Of a stretch of DNA of 64,000 bases, positions 1 to 13,473 are shown piece after piece. Positions within the stretch are counted from its first letter, which is position 1; the number at the start of each line of letters is the position of its first letter. The notes under the pieces were generated by a model. It saw only the letters and a list, made by a program, of their open reading frames with translations. It was not told the DNA's origin and did no database searches. The stretch covers positions 44,519,152 to 44,583,151 of the forward strand of contig JARFYF010000119.1 of the NCBI GenBank assembly GCA_030265395.1, given 5' to 3'. The position numbers and the translations under genes were made by a program. This DNA is from Rhina ancylostomus. Its lineage: Eukaryota.

Positions 1-2429
1 GCCTATGATTTCTCCTTTACCACTTGTAAAGTGTTTTTACCCAACTACTCAAGCATTTTCTCAATCTCCTAATCAAGAGTTCTGCAAGTATACACCCCAT
101 GGTAATGTGTGGATGTGTTCTGCACTTGGAGCATTTGGGTTGATTGGCATCAACCTTCAAGCCAAAGTACATGACTTCTTATTGATACTGTAAGGTCTGC
201 ATTTGCTCCAGTTCAACTTCACATTGTGCTCCTGGAATTTCCTGAGCAATTCCTACAAAATCAGAATGTTTCTCTTTTTCATATGCTCCTGGCAATCATC
301 TGATCACTTAGGTTGCAAAAACAATGAATCACTCTTTGCAAGATTTTACATAACATGGCCTGGTATATCTTGGGTAAAGAGTTGCCTCTGTAGAAGAACC
401 ATGTCCTTTGTTTGTTGATGGTCAGGTAGTGGTGCTTGTTAAAATTCAATGATGTGTAGGAATGGAGAGGGATAGAGCAAGCAATGAAACCTGAGTTCCT
501 GTGTCATCATCGACCTAATGGCCCTTTTCACTGAACATTAGTGACCCCATTCAAATGAATGAGGTTGTTGCTTGTACAACAGACCAAGCTGACATAAATC
601 TGAACAGGTCATTGTGATGCAGAGCTGCCTCTGGACTCAATGGTGAGTCCAACAACAGAGCAAGAGATCATGCTGTGTTGGCATCTGGTCACAACTGTAT
701 TCTGAACACACATAAACATTAATTATGCATTGAACAGTGGAAGGTACATGGATTGCAAAGCACAAACAAGCTCAGTTTTTTAAGGTGCAACTTTAGCGTC
801 AATGCTCAAAACATTCTTCTAATCTAGCTGAGGTACCTCGGCCTGTCCTTCTCTATAGCATTAATTTGCATGTCAATATTCATATGTTATTCAGCACCCT
901 AACTCAAAAACCAGTCTGTTTGTTGCTGTCCCCACATTCAGAATGCACACTGTAAACTCCCAGTTCCTCATGATCTGATTAAACTTCCAAACTATAAACT
1001 TCTCCTTTCTGTTGTCATTTCAAATTGCCATTGACATCACTTTCACCGCTTGTCTTAATCTTGGATCTGCAGACTGTTGAAATGTAACTTTTGCTTTGGC
1101 AACTGAGCACTGGGCTATTCTAAACACACAAAACTAAGTGATGATAATTACAATGATAGCAACCTCACTGAACTGGTCTCACCAGTACATTTTGCAGCCT
1201 TGGACTTAGTGTGGCTCTCTAACTTGAACTCACTTGAAAGGAACAAATTTTTCTTGCATTCTATCTCCTTCAACACAGCTGTTTTACAAGTCAGTTTTAA
1301 TGCCAGGCTTTGCACGCTCATCAGCTCTGACTAAAATTGTTCATCTACCAGTCCACACACTAACCCATTGCCAAAGGCATGATCTAAAGAGGTACCAAAA
1401 TTCCAAGGCAAGATAAGTTCTTCAATGAAATAATATATTCACAATGTCCAACCTGTTTCTGGCTCCTTATCTCAAACTTAGCATTTTACCTTTTTCTCAT
1501 GGCTTTAGATTACTGCAATCTTCCAGTTTCTGCACACCACCTTTAAAGAAGACATCTTCCACCTTTAAAAAAAGTTAGAAGGAGAAGGTTTGTTAATCTG
1601 CCATATGCTTTTGCCCTCTTTTATATCAATACTTTCTTTTATGATTACATATCATTTTGGGCTCGTGAGATATCATTGCCTTCTTAGCCTCTATGATATT
1701 AATATTGATCACTTTAAAGAGCATGTGCTTTTGTTCACAGTGACATGGATTTCAACTCAGTCATACATGCCATGGTTTCACCTCTCACCAGTCAAGTCAG
1801 TCATGTTGTCCAACCCATATTCAAAAGTGTAAACTTGCAGCATGCAACAAACCACTAATAAATCAGTGGCACTCTCCTCTGCCACTCCAGCTTGTTACTT
1901 TATGCATTCTTAATGGCACATGTGGAGGCCTTAAACAAATATGATTGCATGTGAACAGTTACAGAAAAACACTGCAAAAAAGTCACTTCAGTTGCCGCAT
2001 TACCTAAAAAGGTTATACACACAGAAGCACAGAATACACCAAGTCCATGCATATTAATGCACAACAGCATTTTTGTTGCCAAGTTTGACAATATCTTCAT
2101 GCCTCACTGTCCTCCTTAGTCCCAACTCCCCTTCAGCCCACAGTCTCCACTAACTTACAAGGTGATATAAGCATGCACCTTGTGCTATCCCACCATCCGA
2201 TGCCAGCTCCTCTCCTGAAACCTGGCCAAGCAGAGGAGATAAAGTAAGAGGTCAAAGTCATTTAATTTCAGAATCACACATGTCAGCTCAAGTACTGACA
2301 CCATGCACAGTTCAGAGGGCAAAACAGAGCCAGGGGCTGTACACCGTGAGACACAGAGGACAAGGACAAGTAGCTGTAGCAAGGTGGGTACACATGACAC
2401 AAGTGCCCATTCGCTGTAAAGTTACAAGT

Positions 2430-2510
2430 GAGATCAGCTGCAGATGAGGACGTTGGTAAATGGACTGCAAAAGAGAATGGAATGATATGCACAATGCAAT
2501 CAATGCTTCA
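2430..2510 (+). mobile_element. Degenerate Myb/SANT-like fragment (Harbinger accessory ORF remnant)
   Basis: The ORF at 2460 begins DCKREWNDM, preceded by an RT-like codon pair, resembling the RT..QC(R/K)K(K/R)WNDL helix of Harbinger Myb/SANT proteins. Confidence 0.3.
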
Positions 2511-3154
2511 GGAATCAGGAAGCTGCTAGAAAGCTTGTGTACAAAGAGGCACGAAGAGTATGATAATTTTTTGATAACTTTTGCACAGGGCTTTGCAAAA
2601 AAAAAATGTGAGGCTACATCTTTACCATACAATAGTAAATTATTAATGCTCATGTGGACCCAACCTTAATGCAGAATCTACTGATTAATGTTATAGTTTC
2701 ACATCAGTTGCACACACATGGGTGCTGAAACGGAAGCTCAGATGGCCAAACCTGTTCCCCCAGCAGCTCAAAGTCATTTGCCAAAGTCTTCTAAAGGATT
2801 AGAATATTCAGAGCAAGCAGAGTTATATTTATATCTATAACCCAGAAGGTGGATACTTAGCCCACTGGGACCATGCCAGCTCCCAAGAGGACAATCCCAT
2901 TGGTTCCATTTTTTTCTTTGCCTTATTCCACTGATTTAATTAAAGGGCAGAGTTATACATAATGACACAGAGGGAGGCCATTTGTTCCATTGGGTCCATG
3001 CCAGTTGCCAGGGGAACAATGAGTTCTGAACCATGAGAAAGCCTGTTTTCCCCTCAAAGCCATAACCCCTCTCTGCTGGTCTCTGGAAAAGCAGAATGAG
3101 GTGTGGTCCTCTCTCTTTGAACAGGAAGCCCCCCCCCTTGTGCAACTATGTGAA

Positions 3155-3243
3155 GTCACCAACCTGAAATGTTAACTCTGTTTCTCTCTTCACAGATGCC
3201 ACCTGATCTGCTGAGTATTTCCAAGATTTTCTGTTTTACTTCT
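3155..3243 (+). mobile_element. Penelope-like 3' tail fragment
   Basis: cctgaaatgttaactctgtttctctcttcacagatgccacctgatctgctgagtatttcc is homologous to the reverse complement of the tail at 6120-6222. Confidence 0.7.
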
Positions 3244-4799
3244 TCACATAATATTGCATGGCAATTGATGGGATATAGCGAACATCTCCAGGTCCAGTCT
3301 GCAAAAAGCTGGATGCATAAAAGTTCTGCTTTTCCATGAGTTTGTGGTTGGGACCGTAGAAAGCCACAGTTTATAGGGAAGACACCCTTACTGAAGTGTA
3401 GGTGCCTCAAAAACTGATCCCCACTAAAGTTTAGGAAGAGTAAATGCTTCCAGACCATCAAATGGATACGATCTCCTGCTAAGTGCCCTAGACCCCATTC
3501 ACCTCTGTCCTCTTGCAGAAGCAGGTCCTGTTCTGTGTGCCCTTCTACTCCTTTGCCCCCAGTGCATGTCCTGCTCTAGCCAGTGCTCTCCCCATTTCCC
3601 CTAAGTGTGTCCTGCTTTCTTTTTGTCCCTCTCAGATATTCCTTGGCTCTTAAACTTTATTTCCATCTCAGATAATGTTATAACTAGTAACCTAAAGTGT
3701 TCACAGGGGAAAAAAAAAGCAATGGCTTCCAGCAAGCTTGCAACATTGGTGAAATGGCTCCTGGTATCAGTTGCAGGCACAAAGTAGCTTCCCATTAAGA
3801 GGAGCAGGCATGATTTCAATCAGCGCTACCCAGCTTCAGCTGATGCTAACTGCTCATGATGTTACACCCAATGAATGCTCAATAAGGCAGCAACAGCACA
3901 GGTGGCTCTGCTGGAAGCTGTAATAATAAGGTCAGAGCAGGGATTTTGTGTTGCTGCATCAGGTCAGAGGTGAGCCGATTAATCATGCATTGAGAATGCT
4001 GCATCCATTTTCCAGTACTATCTAATTTCTTGCCAGGTCAGTGGAATTGCATTTGACTTAGGTGAATCTGAATTTCCAAAGCAGAATATAACACATAGTC
4101 ACTACTATATAGCTTGTGCAGTTGTACTCTCCGATCTCCATTTACCCAAACAAGGACTATGAAACATCAAGCTCTAGAACCTATCTCCTCAGTACATTTT
4201 GACTATCCTCTTGCAGTATATCTTTCCTTCCTTAAAACAGGACAAAAAATTATATTATGATAATGCTCAAATATTTTCTTTTATATGAAAAATTTCATCA
4301 AATTTGAACTTCAAGAAATTTATATTTAAATTATACTTCTTCATTCACACTAAAACTTATGGCTCAAATAATATGTATTAGATTGGGCACTGGGATTTGA
4401 AACTTTAATTGAATATACCTTGTATATTCAATTTTGCTTGTATTTCAGTTTTGCTGAAAGTCATTAGACAGATTTGGGAAGACTGCTGGAATCCATTGTT
4501 TTTGATCCTGAGGACACTTCTAGCTATTAGTTATAAAACTATCAAAGATGGAAAGGAAACATTGTTTGAGAGTCAAGAAATATTCCATCAGGCAATGACT
4601 ACCTAGAAGTTGGATTTCACCTGCTTTCAATGCACTAAAACATCATTGCATATCACACCAGTGCCAAATCAGTAGCTTTATAATGGGGCCTGTATTGTTC
4701 CAATGAGATCTCACTCATATCAGCACAGCTCCAAGTGTCTCTACTTCCAAGAGGCAGCATAATCTGGTTGCCATGCAGAAGATGGGTCACACAGGAAGA

Positions 4800-4995
4800 G
4801 GGAGACATCTGCATGATTTTCTGGGGAGTACACAGAAGTTTTCACCAGTGAAGAGATTCAGGCGACTCACTAGGGCCACTGTTGGAAGGGAATAACAGGA
4901 GGTGGCTTGACTTGCCTCTGATAGGAACGCAAGTTCCTCCTCAATAGGTCACTGTCAGAGGAAATTTCATGATCTGGCAAGATGTGTCAAGGTGA
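4800..4995 (+). mobile_element. Degenerate Harbinger Myb/SANT-like remnant
   Basis: caggaggtggct...cactgtcagaggaaatttcatgatctggcaaga reads as EVA...CQRKFHDLAR, like the Myb/SANT motif. Confidence 0.35.
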
Positions 4996-6119
4996 ATTAC
5001 ACACCAGCTCTCCTTCAATTGGCTCTGGGCAGCAATTTGAAATTGGTTCATCTAGGACAAGCACTCAGAGTCATCATGGACAGCCATCCAGAATCAAAGT
5101 GAAAAGCACCATCCTTCCATCAACTAGACTGCAATCATTCAGGGGACACCATAACAGAGCGTGAGTGTATTGAACCTAACCTGCAAAGTTGTCAAGCAAG
5201 ACAGGCACAATCTTGTGCATCTTTAGAAGCAAATATCATAATTTTCTATTATTTTACCGCTGAGACTTTATCCTTTCCATCCTGCTGTCTACATCAAAAT
5301 AGTCAGTTGGTACAATGACTTCCAATGGAAAAACAACAGTCTGCAGATGACTTACAATGGGCTCCATTTACCTATCCACAATGGATTTCTCATTGCTCAA
5401 TGAGTATGGTCACCACTGACCCTCAATAGATCTTCCTACTCATTGCACATCAGCCTGATCAATATGCATTAATCTCATCTGCAGTGGCTACAATGCTGAC
5501 ACTCAACCTTTGATGGTGAGGAGCAGTCTAAATTCTCGTTCAATGTTTAAATCCATAAGATGGAACTGCTCCCGGGAATGTGTATTTTGTTCGGGGTTTG
5601 TGAACGTTTAAGCAAGGTCCCAGTTGTCAGGAAATACAGAGATATTGTCGCAAGCCATTGATGTGTTATGTTAAGTGCAGGTTGACCTGTATAACAGGAT
5701 ATGAAGGAGTGTTATCCATCATCTGTGCTCTGCTGGCTGGTGACTGATGTACCAAGTTGATGTTAAAGATTGCATTGTGGAGAGGATCATTTAGTTTGTC
5801 TTATACACCATAGTTTCTCTCTGAAGAAGTCTCTCATAGCCCATATGAAAAACACCTCTCTCATTTGCTCGGCAGGCATATGAGACTACTGACATTCAGC
5901 TGGAGCCGCCCAAGGTAACCTCCTTCAGCTGCTATATCCACCTCCTTCACCTGATGTCCCTCAGCCTCCAGGTCTCCTTGTTGCTCTTTCTCTGGTACCA
6001 AATGCTATCTGCAGTGGGCAAGATTATGCATGGTGATGTCTTCGCATTGATTTGGCATGTACTAGCGGGCTCCTGGACTAGTGCTCATTTTCAGGTAATC
6101 AATGATATGTTTCACTCCA

Positions 6120-7005
6120 GAAAAAAACTACAAGATGCTGGAGAAACTCAGCAGGCCAGGTAGCATCTGTGGAGAAAAGCAGACTGCCAACATTTTGGGT
6201 CAGGACCCTTCTTCAGGACTGAAGGGAGGAAAAGAGGAAGCCCAATATATAGGGGGGAGAGACAGAGCAGTGATAGGTGGACAAAAGAGGAGAGGCAGGG
6301 TGGGTACAGTGGTGATAGGTAAATGCAGGTAAGAGATCGTGATGGGCAGATGCAGGAGAGGAGGGGAGAGCAGATCCACTGGGGGATGGGTTAAAGGTAT
6401 TGAGGCAGTTGCCCCATGGGGGGAGGAGGGGAAAAAGAGAGATAGGTTAGGGAAGGGAAGGGAAGAAAAGAAGAGGCAAGGTGGTGGTGGTGGGGGGGGT
6501 GTTGGTTTATTTAAAGTAGGAGAATTTGATGTTCATGCCATTAGGCTGTAAGGTCCCAAGACAGAAACTGAGGTGCTATTCCTCCACTTTGCATTTGGAC
6601 TTCTCCTGGAAATAGAGGAGGCTGAGGACTGACATATCAGCGATGGAGAAGGAGGGGGAGTTGCAGTAACTGGCAATGGGGAGATGCAGATCACGGTTAC
6701 GAATGGAGCGCAGGTGCTCTATGAAACGGTCACCTAGTCTACGTTTGGTCTCACCAATGTAGCGGAGGCCACACTTGGAGCACCAAATGCAGTAGATGAT
6801 ATTAGAGGAGGTGCAGGTTAATCTCTGCGTTACCTGAAAGGACTGTTTGGGTCCCTGGATGGAGGCAATAGAAGCGGTGTAGAGGCTGGTGTTACACCTA
6901 TGGCCGGTGCAGTGGAATGTCCCTGGAGTGGGAGCGGGATGAGTGGGGGAGGGGGATTTAACTAGGGAGTCGTGGAGAAAGTGGTCCCTGCGAAAGGCTA
7001 CAGTT
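6120..7005 (-). mobile_element. 5'-truncated Penelope-like retroelement: GIY-YIG endonuclease, pyrimidine-rich 3' UTR and tail
   Basis: ORF 6576-7031(-) contains TCTSSNIIYCIWCSKCGLRYIGETKRRLGDRFIEHLRSI. On the minus strand it is followed by a C/T-rich UTR and a tail repeated elsewhere in the window. Confidence 0.92.
6507..7000 (-). pseudogene. Penelope-type GIY-YIG endonuclease domain with a premature stop
   Basis: Reading through the TAG at 6576-6578 gives VEE*HLSFCLGTLQPNGMNIKFSYFK* ending at TAA 6507-6509, matching the typical LGTLxPxGxN C-terminus. Confidence 0.85.
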
Positions 7006-7199
7006 ATTAAATGGTTCTCATTGCATCCCAATCAGCCACTGTGGTGGGGCTCTGAATTGGTGTGAGAAGTAAAGGGATCACTTGTCACTAGGATCCATCC
7101 CTCTGATCTTTGAACATGTCCATTACTCAAGATGATGGAGCTATGGCTGCTTTTATAGAGAACATGACATTGACTGTCAAGAAATTCTTCTCAAGATTA

Positions 7200-7605
7200 A
7201 TGACCACCTGTATACTGGCAGAGTAAAAAAACTATTTCTGTTGATGAATGTGTTATAAATGGGTGACCTTTTGGGCATAAGAGAGTAGTCAGATCTTGCC
7301 TGCACAGGTGGGAAACTAACAATACTGGTGAATTCTCTTCCTGAGATGCCATCTCTTCTTCCTCTCCAAGAACAGAGAGCCTGGGCAATCTTTCTGACAC
7401 AGTGGTGAGCAGAAAGTTGAAAGCTATTTGCTGCTGCCACCTGGAATGATCCAGTGGCCAGGAGCCGAGAGTTAGCATCACCTGAACCTCCACAGTGAGA
7501 GGAAGCCAGACACAAGAGAAAAGCCAAAGTTCATTGCGCAGGATGTCACATATCCCCGTGATGATAGCCTTAGGAAAACTGAGCTTGTGCACAAATTGTT
7601 TATCA
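7200..7605 (-). mobile_element. PIF/Harbinger (HARBI1-like) transposase remnant, N-terminal part
   Basis: Frameshifted ORFs read LSFPKAIITGICDILRNEL and LLATGSFQVAAANSFQLSAHHCVRKIAQAL, matching the F(Y/L)ATGSFQ...SQ..AH.C...V..AL helix-turn-helix region. Confidence 0.65.
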
Positions 7606-7609
7606 TTCA

Positions 7610-8375
7610 TTCAAGGGATGTGGGCTTTGCAGGCCAAGTCACCAATTAATTGCCCATCCCTCATTGCCCTTGAGAAGTTGGTGGCAAGCTGCCTTCTTGA
7701 ACCACTGCAGTCCAGGAGGTGTGGATGTACCCACAAAGCTGTGAGGGAGAGAGTGCCAGGATTTTGACCCAATGACAACGAAAGAACAGCTACATATTTT
7801 CAAGTCAGGATAGTGTGTGGTTTGGGGCAACTTCCAGATGCTGGTGTTCTCATGCTTTTACTACCCTTGTTCTTCTAGTTGGTAGAGGTTGTGGGTTTGG
7901 AAGTATTGATGAGTTGCTGAGATACATCCTGCAGATGGTACAAACTGCTGCTACTGTGCTTCAGTGGTGAAGTGGGTGAATGGTTGCAGATGGGATGTTC
8001 ACCAAGTGGGCTGCTATGTCCTCTATGGTGTCGAGCTTCTTGAGTGTTGATGAAGCTGCACTTATCCAGGCAAGTGGAGAATATTCCATCACACTCCTGA
8101 CTTGAGCCTTGTAGACATGGAGACATGGACAGGCTTTGGGAAGGTAGGAATGAGTTACTCACTGAAGGATTCCTAGTTTCTGACCTACCATTGTCACCAC
8201 ATTGTGCTTATGGCTATTCCAGTTCAGTTCCTGGTCAATGATAACCCATAGAATATTGATAGTAGGGGGTTCAGCGATGCTAATGGAATTGAATGTCTGT
8301 GGGGGTGACACTTGCCACGCCTCAGCCCCAGCCTGGATATTGTCCAGGTTTTGCTGCATTTGCACATGGACTGCT
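7610..8375 (-). mobile_element. CR1/L2-group LINE 3' end (post-RT ORF2 and 3' UTR)
   Basis: Minus-strand frames give INILWVIIDQELNWNSH...GQKLGIL and, across frameshifts, YKAQVRSVMEYSPLAW. Homologous copies occur at ~32135 and ~43345. Confidence 0.8.
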
Positions 8376-9239
8376 TTGAAACTGAGGCAGTTCCGGGAAT
8401 GGTGGTCTGTGACAGTCAGCTCTTCACTGATGGGCACGTCTTCACCTCCCACTCAGAAGTCCCCCAACTCTCCTTTATTTATCTGCTGTGCCTTTGCCTT
8501 GAACAATGGAATGCTGCCAGTGGTGTCACCATTGGGTTACCTATCAAATAAGCCACTCAGCTGCTGACTGCTGCAAAAAAAGTGCCACTGTTAATTGTAT
8601 CTGAGCTTGTAAACTTTGGGATGTGGGTATTCATTTTGAAGCTGTTCAGTCAGGTCTCTGGCAGAGAAAAGCAAGAAGTATTGTGATATGCTGCAAGCTC
8701 TACAAAGTCCACAAAGGTCTTTGAGTGCAGATTTAAGCTCCAATTTGTGTCTTTGTTGGCAGAAGTATGCCTTATGTGCATAATAACATCTAGTGCTAGG
8801 TGCTGGTGAAAGGTTAGGCCACTAATATGGATCACAAACTGGAAACGTGTGGTACATTTTCACCATTGGTGTAATTTTACCTGGAAGTGGTCTCCAGCAC
8901 CATTTACTCTGTGTGAAATTGAAATTAGATCATGTTGAGCTTAAAAAATCAGTGTAACATGATCCACTTCCAAAGCTGCATATCTCTTCACTCTTCAATG
9001 GGTGACAGAAGATGTAAAGGATGTGGATATTTAGTGACCAATATTGGAAATGTTGAAACAAAGTTGAGTTGACAGGCAGGTCATGTAATGAGGCCTCCAG
9101 GAAAATGTCCCACCAGAGTTGTTAACTCTGCTTCAGAATTTACAAGGTTTTTCTTTCAATCCAGATTTACATTTGTTGATTTGGCATGGTGATCTGGGTG
9201 ACTGATCACAGAAGGGGTTCAGCATTCTCCTGGCAGTTG

Positions 9240-9402
9240 CTGGATATCTTGTTTATTGAGGTGGGGTGAAGGAGAGATGCTCCCCAGCCACAGCAAAAGT
9301 TCTCAAGTCAAGCAGGTGTGAGAGGTCACCAGTGCCAATATGAGAATGAAGTCCCAAGGACATAGACAAACACTTCGAAGAGGTTTAACAAGCTATGGCA
9401 AG
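9240..9402 (+). mobile_element. Harbinger Myb/SANT-like remnant, divergent from the transposase remnant at 7200-7605
   Basis: ccaaggacatagacaaacacttcgaagaggtttaacaagcta resembles PRT..Q.RKRFN.L. Confidence 0.35.
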
Positions 9403-9404
9403 TA

Positions 9405-9580
9405 GTGCCCTGGTTTCCTTCCACATTCCAAAGGTGTACAGGTTAGGAAGTTGTGGGCATGCTATTTTGGCGCTGGAAGAGTGGCAACACTTGCTGGCTG
9501 CCCCTAGAGCACTCCATACAAAAAGATGCATTTCACTGTGTGTTTCGATGTACATGTAACTAATAAAGATATCTTATCTT
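9405..9580 (+). mobile_element. V-domain SINE (HE1-related), 5'-truncated
   Basis: Carries the partial V core ggtttccttccacattccaaag and the tail ...gtacatgtaactaataaagatatcttatctt. Closely similar to the copy at 25548-25753. Confidence 0.75.
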
Positions 9581-9714
9581 AGTGAATGTCAGTGGACTCA
9601 CATCTCATCTGCCACTAGTTCTATCACTAGCCCCACTGGCTTGGGGCATTGACAAGCCTGGCTGAAGGCCTGCATGAGATGTCAAAAAACATGGAGGGAG
9701 TTCAGGCCCAAACT

Positions 9715-9995
9715 TTCAATTGTACAAGATGTTGGTGAGATCGCATTTGGAATAACACACGAAATGCTGAAGGATCTCAGCAGGTCAGGCAGCACCTATG
9801 GAGGGAAATAAACAGTCGACATTTTGGGTCAAGACCCTTCATCAGATCATTTAAGAGGTACTTGGACAAGTGCATAGTTAGGAAAGGTTTGGAGGGATTA
9901 TGGGCCAAACACGGGCAAATGAGACTAATTTAGATGGAAATCTTGGTCCGCATGGACCTATTGGACAGTTTCCATGCAGTGTGACTATGACTCTG
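9715..9995 (+). mobile_element. CR1 LINE 3' fragment interrupted by a Penelope tail at 9755-9846 (-)
   Basis: ttgtacaagatgttggtgagatcgcatttggaata (LYKMLVRSHLE) is followed by the Penelope tail, then the CR1 3' UTR ending gactatgactctgtg. Confidence 0.75.
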
Positions 9996-12404
9996 TGGCT
10001 ATTACCTAGCAGGGAATCTATTCTTTACAGCAATCATTTTGGGTTGTGATATGCATTTGATTACAGAGTTCTGACGCGAACCTCAATACAATGTAAATCT
10101 AGCCAGTGACTTATTGTACTACTGGCAATGCAGCTATCTGTCCCTGCTGTCATTTGACTTGTTGCTCCTTCCCCAAGCAGAAGGTAATGATCTCAGTTTT
10201 CCTTACAGCCTCTTTTACCTGGAGAAAGTCACTGCTCTTATAGTTCTGTTGCACCTCTATTTCTCACATCCAGGCTCCTCACACCTTCAGAACTAGTATG
10301 TATTACACATTGCCTGCTTTGTTCAAACATCAAATTCATTAAGTAGCAAAAAAAATGGCCAATCTTTAAAAATTTGAAAAGATAAAGGCTGGTTACATCC
10401 TAGTTTTTTCTGTGACCAAGACTGAACACAGCATGACCTTAACAGCAGACAGATTTTTTCAAGACCGTGACTTGAGAATTATTGCCACAAGGCTATCCAT
10501 TTGCAAGCAGTTTCCCTACATTTATGTTAGGTAAGGGTACCTTGGGATGTGGAAATCAAGTCAGATTTAATGAGATCCAGATCGACAATGGTCTTACAGT
10601 ATGTTGGAGCAAGCTTAAAATTGCTGTCTTTTATGGCAGGGATATCGCAATGTAATTACATAAAGAGAAAACAACCCCAATATAACTTTGTTCATTGCCC
10701 TGTATTTAGTCTGGGGTCCAATGTAAGTGTATTTAATCTCTTACTCAGTGTAGTATATTTAATATTGGTTGTGAGTAATAATTCTTACTATAAGGCTGTT
10801 ACATCGCAAAGGATTGTATCATATGACTAACTACAATCTGGGCTGTAGCAATGTTTGCAGAAAGTTGCAGAGACGGCAATCTGTTAGGTGACTTAAATAA
10901 AGAGGACGCACCTTGCTTTGAACTCCTCATACATATTTATCCGTACACTTTGCAAGTGGACTTCATTGGACATTGAGGAAAATTATCCCATACTTAAGTG
11001 TCAAAAGTAAGCTTTTTCAGATGCCTAGGGCAGTATCAGTGTCACTGTGCAACTTCATTGGACATCTTCTAACTATTATCTCATTATCTAAGTGTAATAC
11101 TCATAATCAGGACCTGATCTTTATCATAATCATGTTCATTCCCCACTGGGTTTATTTTCCTTTACTTACTAAGTTTAGCAAGATGTATATGTCAGTATTT
11201 CAGTACTTTATTGCTTTTTCTACATTTTTAACCAATATTAGTGAATGTAAGAAAATAATGCTCTGGATATTGTTAGTATTTTGTTTCAAAGAAGAGACAG
11301 CACAAATCTTTACACACATGAAATATCATTTAGTCGCTTCCACTGTTCACTTCATCCTGGAATGGATTTAAATGCCAGCCCAGTAAGACATTAGCTCCTG
11401 GTGTGCTGCAATAGTTTGCAATGCACCCCTACCTGGTGTGATATTCCATTTATTCTACGAATGTTAAACGTGTGTTTTTTCTGGATGCGATTACTGAAAT
11501 CAATATAAAATTCTGTTGTGCTTGTTTTTATTTTAACATTTCCTGTCAAGTAAAGATGAACCTGACAAATGGAAGCTTTGCAAATAATCCTGTGTGATCA
11601 GGTTTGGTCAGGCATGTTAGAAGTTGTGCCTTTTCTATAATAAGAAGAGCAGAAAACAAAATGCATTTGAGGTCCAATATAAACCTTAGAAGTTAACAAA
11701 CAGCAGAAGATCATGACAATATTTAGGGCAATGTTGGTTCAGCTCAATAAACGTCTCTTTTCATTACAAATGATTTGTTTCCGAGACAGAAATATTAGTG
11801 ACCCTGTATATGCTGTGTGATGTATACAATAAAACAACGGAAATTAATCCCTTTCCCATGACCTCTGCAAATGAAAATCCATTAAGCTAATTATATTGTG
11901 CTATTGCTTTGATGTTTTCTTATTTCATTCTGAATGCTTTGATGTGATTATGTCCAGCTACTGATGAACACACACATACAGTTAATTATATAAAATAATC
12001 CTCTTTATATGGGTGCAAGGTGACACTCTAACTAAAGTGTGAAAAATAACCAAAGCATTGCTAAAAATCAGTTGCCAGGTAGATCTTCCAATTTCTGATG
12101 TTGTGGTGGAAAAAGATAGTACATTACATGCAACAGAAATAGATGTCTGCCATTTATTCATTTTGTGGTAACATAATTTTTCTTCCTGTTTAAACAAGAA
12201 GTCTCAGAGAAGAAATGCCATAACAAAATAATCCCAAGAAAACACCTTCATTGGAGGATGGATGATATGAAGATTATTTAAATAGATAGGCAAGCTATAT
12301 CACTTGTGATTTTTTGGTGGTGTGAAAGCAGCATTAAAGGCTGTGTGCATCCAACAGGGAGGTAGTAAGATTATAGCAATAGCTATTTACAATAGCTTAA
12401 ATCT

Positions 12405-12418
12405 GTCACCATAGCAAC
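12405..12418. promoter_or_regulatory. RFX X-box-like motif GTCACCATAGCAAC
   Basis: Matches the GTNRCCATRGYAAC consensus and lies in repeat-poor sequence. Motif only. Confidence 0.3.
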
Positions 12419-13289
12419 CAAGATCGTATTAGTGCCATGAAAGATGGTAATAGAAATATATGGCTGTTGTGACCTGGACAATAATTGTGCTTTTGGAGAA
12501 CTCAGAACTGTCCTCATATAAAAGTTATTAAGTGAAAATTTGATTTGTTTTCTGCTAATCATGTTTCTAGTAGCTGTTGTTACATTTTTGTGTTTTACTC
12601 AACTATTTTCCTCACATTCAGTGCCAAAGACCACTCCTGTAAGCGAACCCTTGCTACCTATGAACCAGACAATGCCTTTTGTATGTGACTCATAAATGGT
12701 AATTTTAAAGATCTAATAAAACAGAGGTAACAGAAAGTCAAGAGAAAAAGCAACAAAGGACCCTACACTGTCTTTGCAGAACTTTTCATTAATGGTCCCT
12801 CCTAATTTACAAAAAAATAAGTAACAATCCATTCCATAAATCCATCTGAATTCATAACATAATACATAAATATCAGTTTTTGCTGGGCTGTAAATAGGTC
12901 AGAGCAGACCTGCCAACTGGTATATACCACAGATTCCCCTTTAAACTGAAGTTAACAAGGTAATGAACAGGCTGCATCATGGGTGCTTCTGCTGTAACTA
13001 TTCATGGTGCACCTCTGCCCAAAATGACTCTTGCTCTTGCATTTCATAGGATCCACTCATCGTTCAGTAATGTCTCAACGATCTTACTATAGTGCATGAA
13101 TTAGGACTGACTTCCTTTTTGATATTCTCATGTAATGGGTAGCAAGAAATCAGAATGGCTGTGACTGTTTTTTTTTAAATTTTATTCATGTCCTTAGTAT
13201 AAAATTGTNNNNNNNNNNNNNNNNNNNNNNNNNNNNNNNNNNNNNNNNNNNNNNNNNNNNNNNNNNNNNNNNNNNNNNNNNNNNNNAGG

Positions 13290-13473
13290 AACACACTCAG
13301 TACATACACACACACACACACTCACACACAAATAGCACACAGATAAACACACACGCAAATGTACACACACACCCTATACATGCGCACACACATGCACACA
13401 CATACATGAACAGTTTCATTCATGCAGATACACACACACCGACACGTACACACACCCACACACAAACACACAC
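13290..13473. repeat. Degenerate (CA)n microsatellite next to a gap
   Basis: Interrupted acacac runs are directly visible. Confidence 0.9.
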
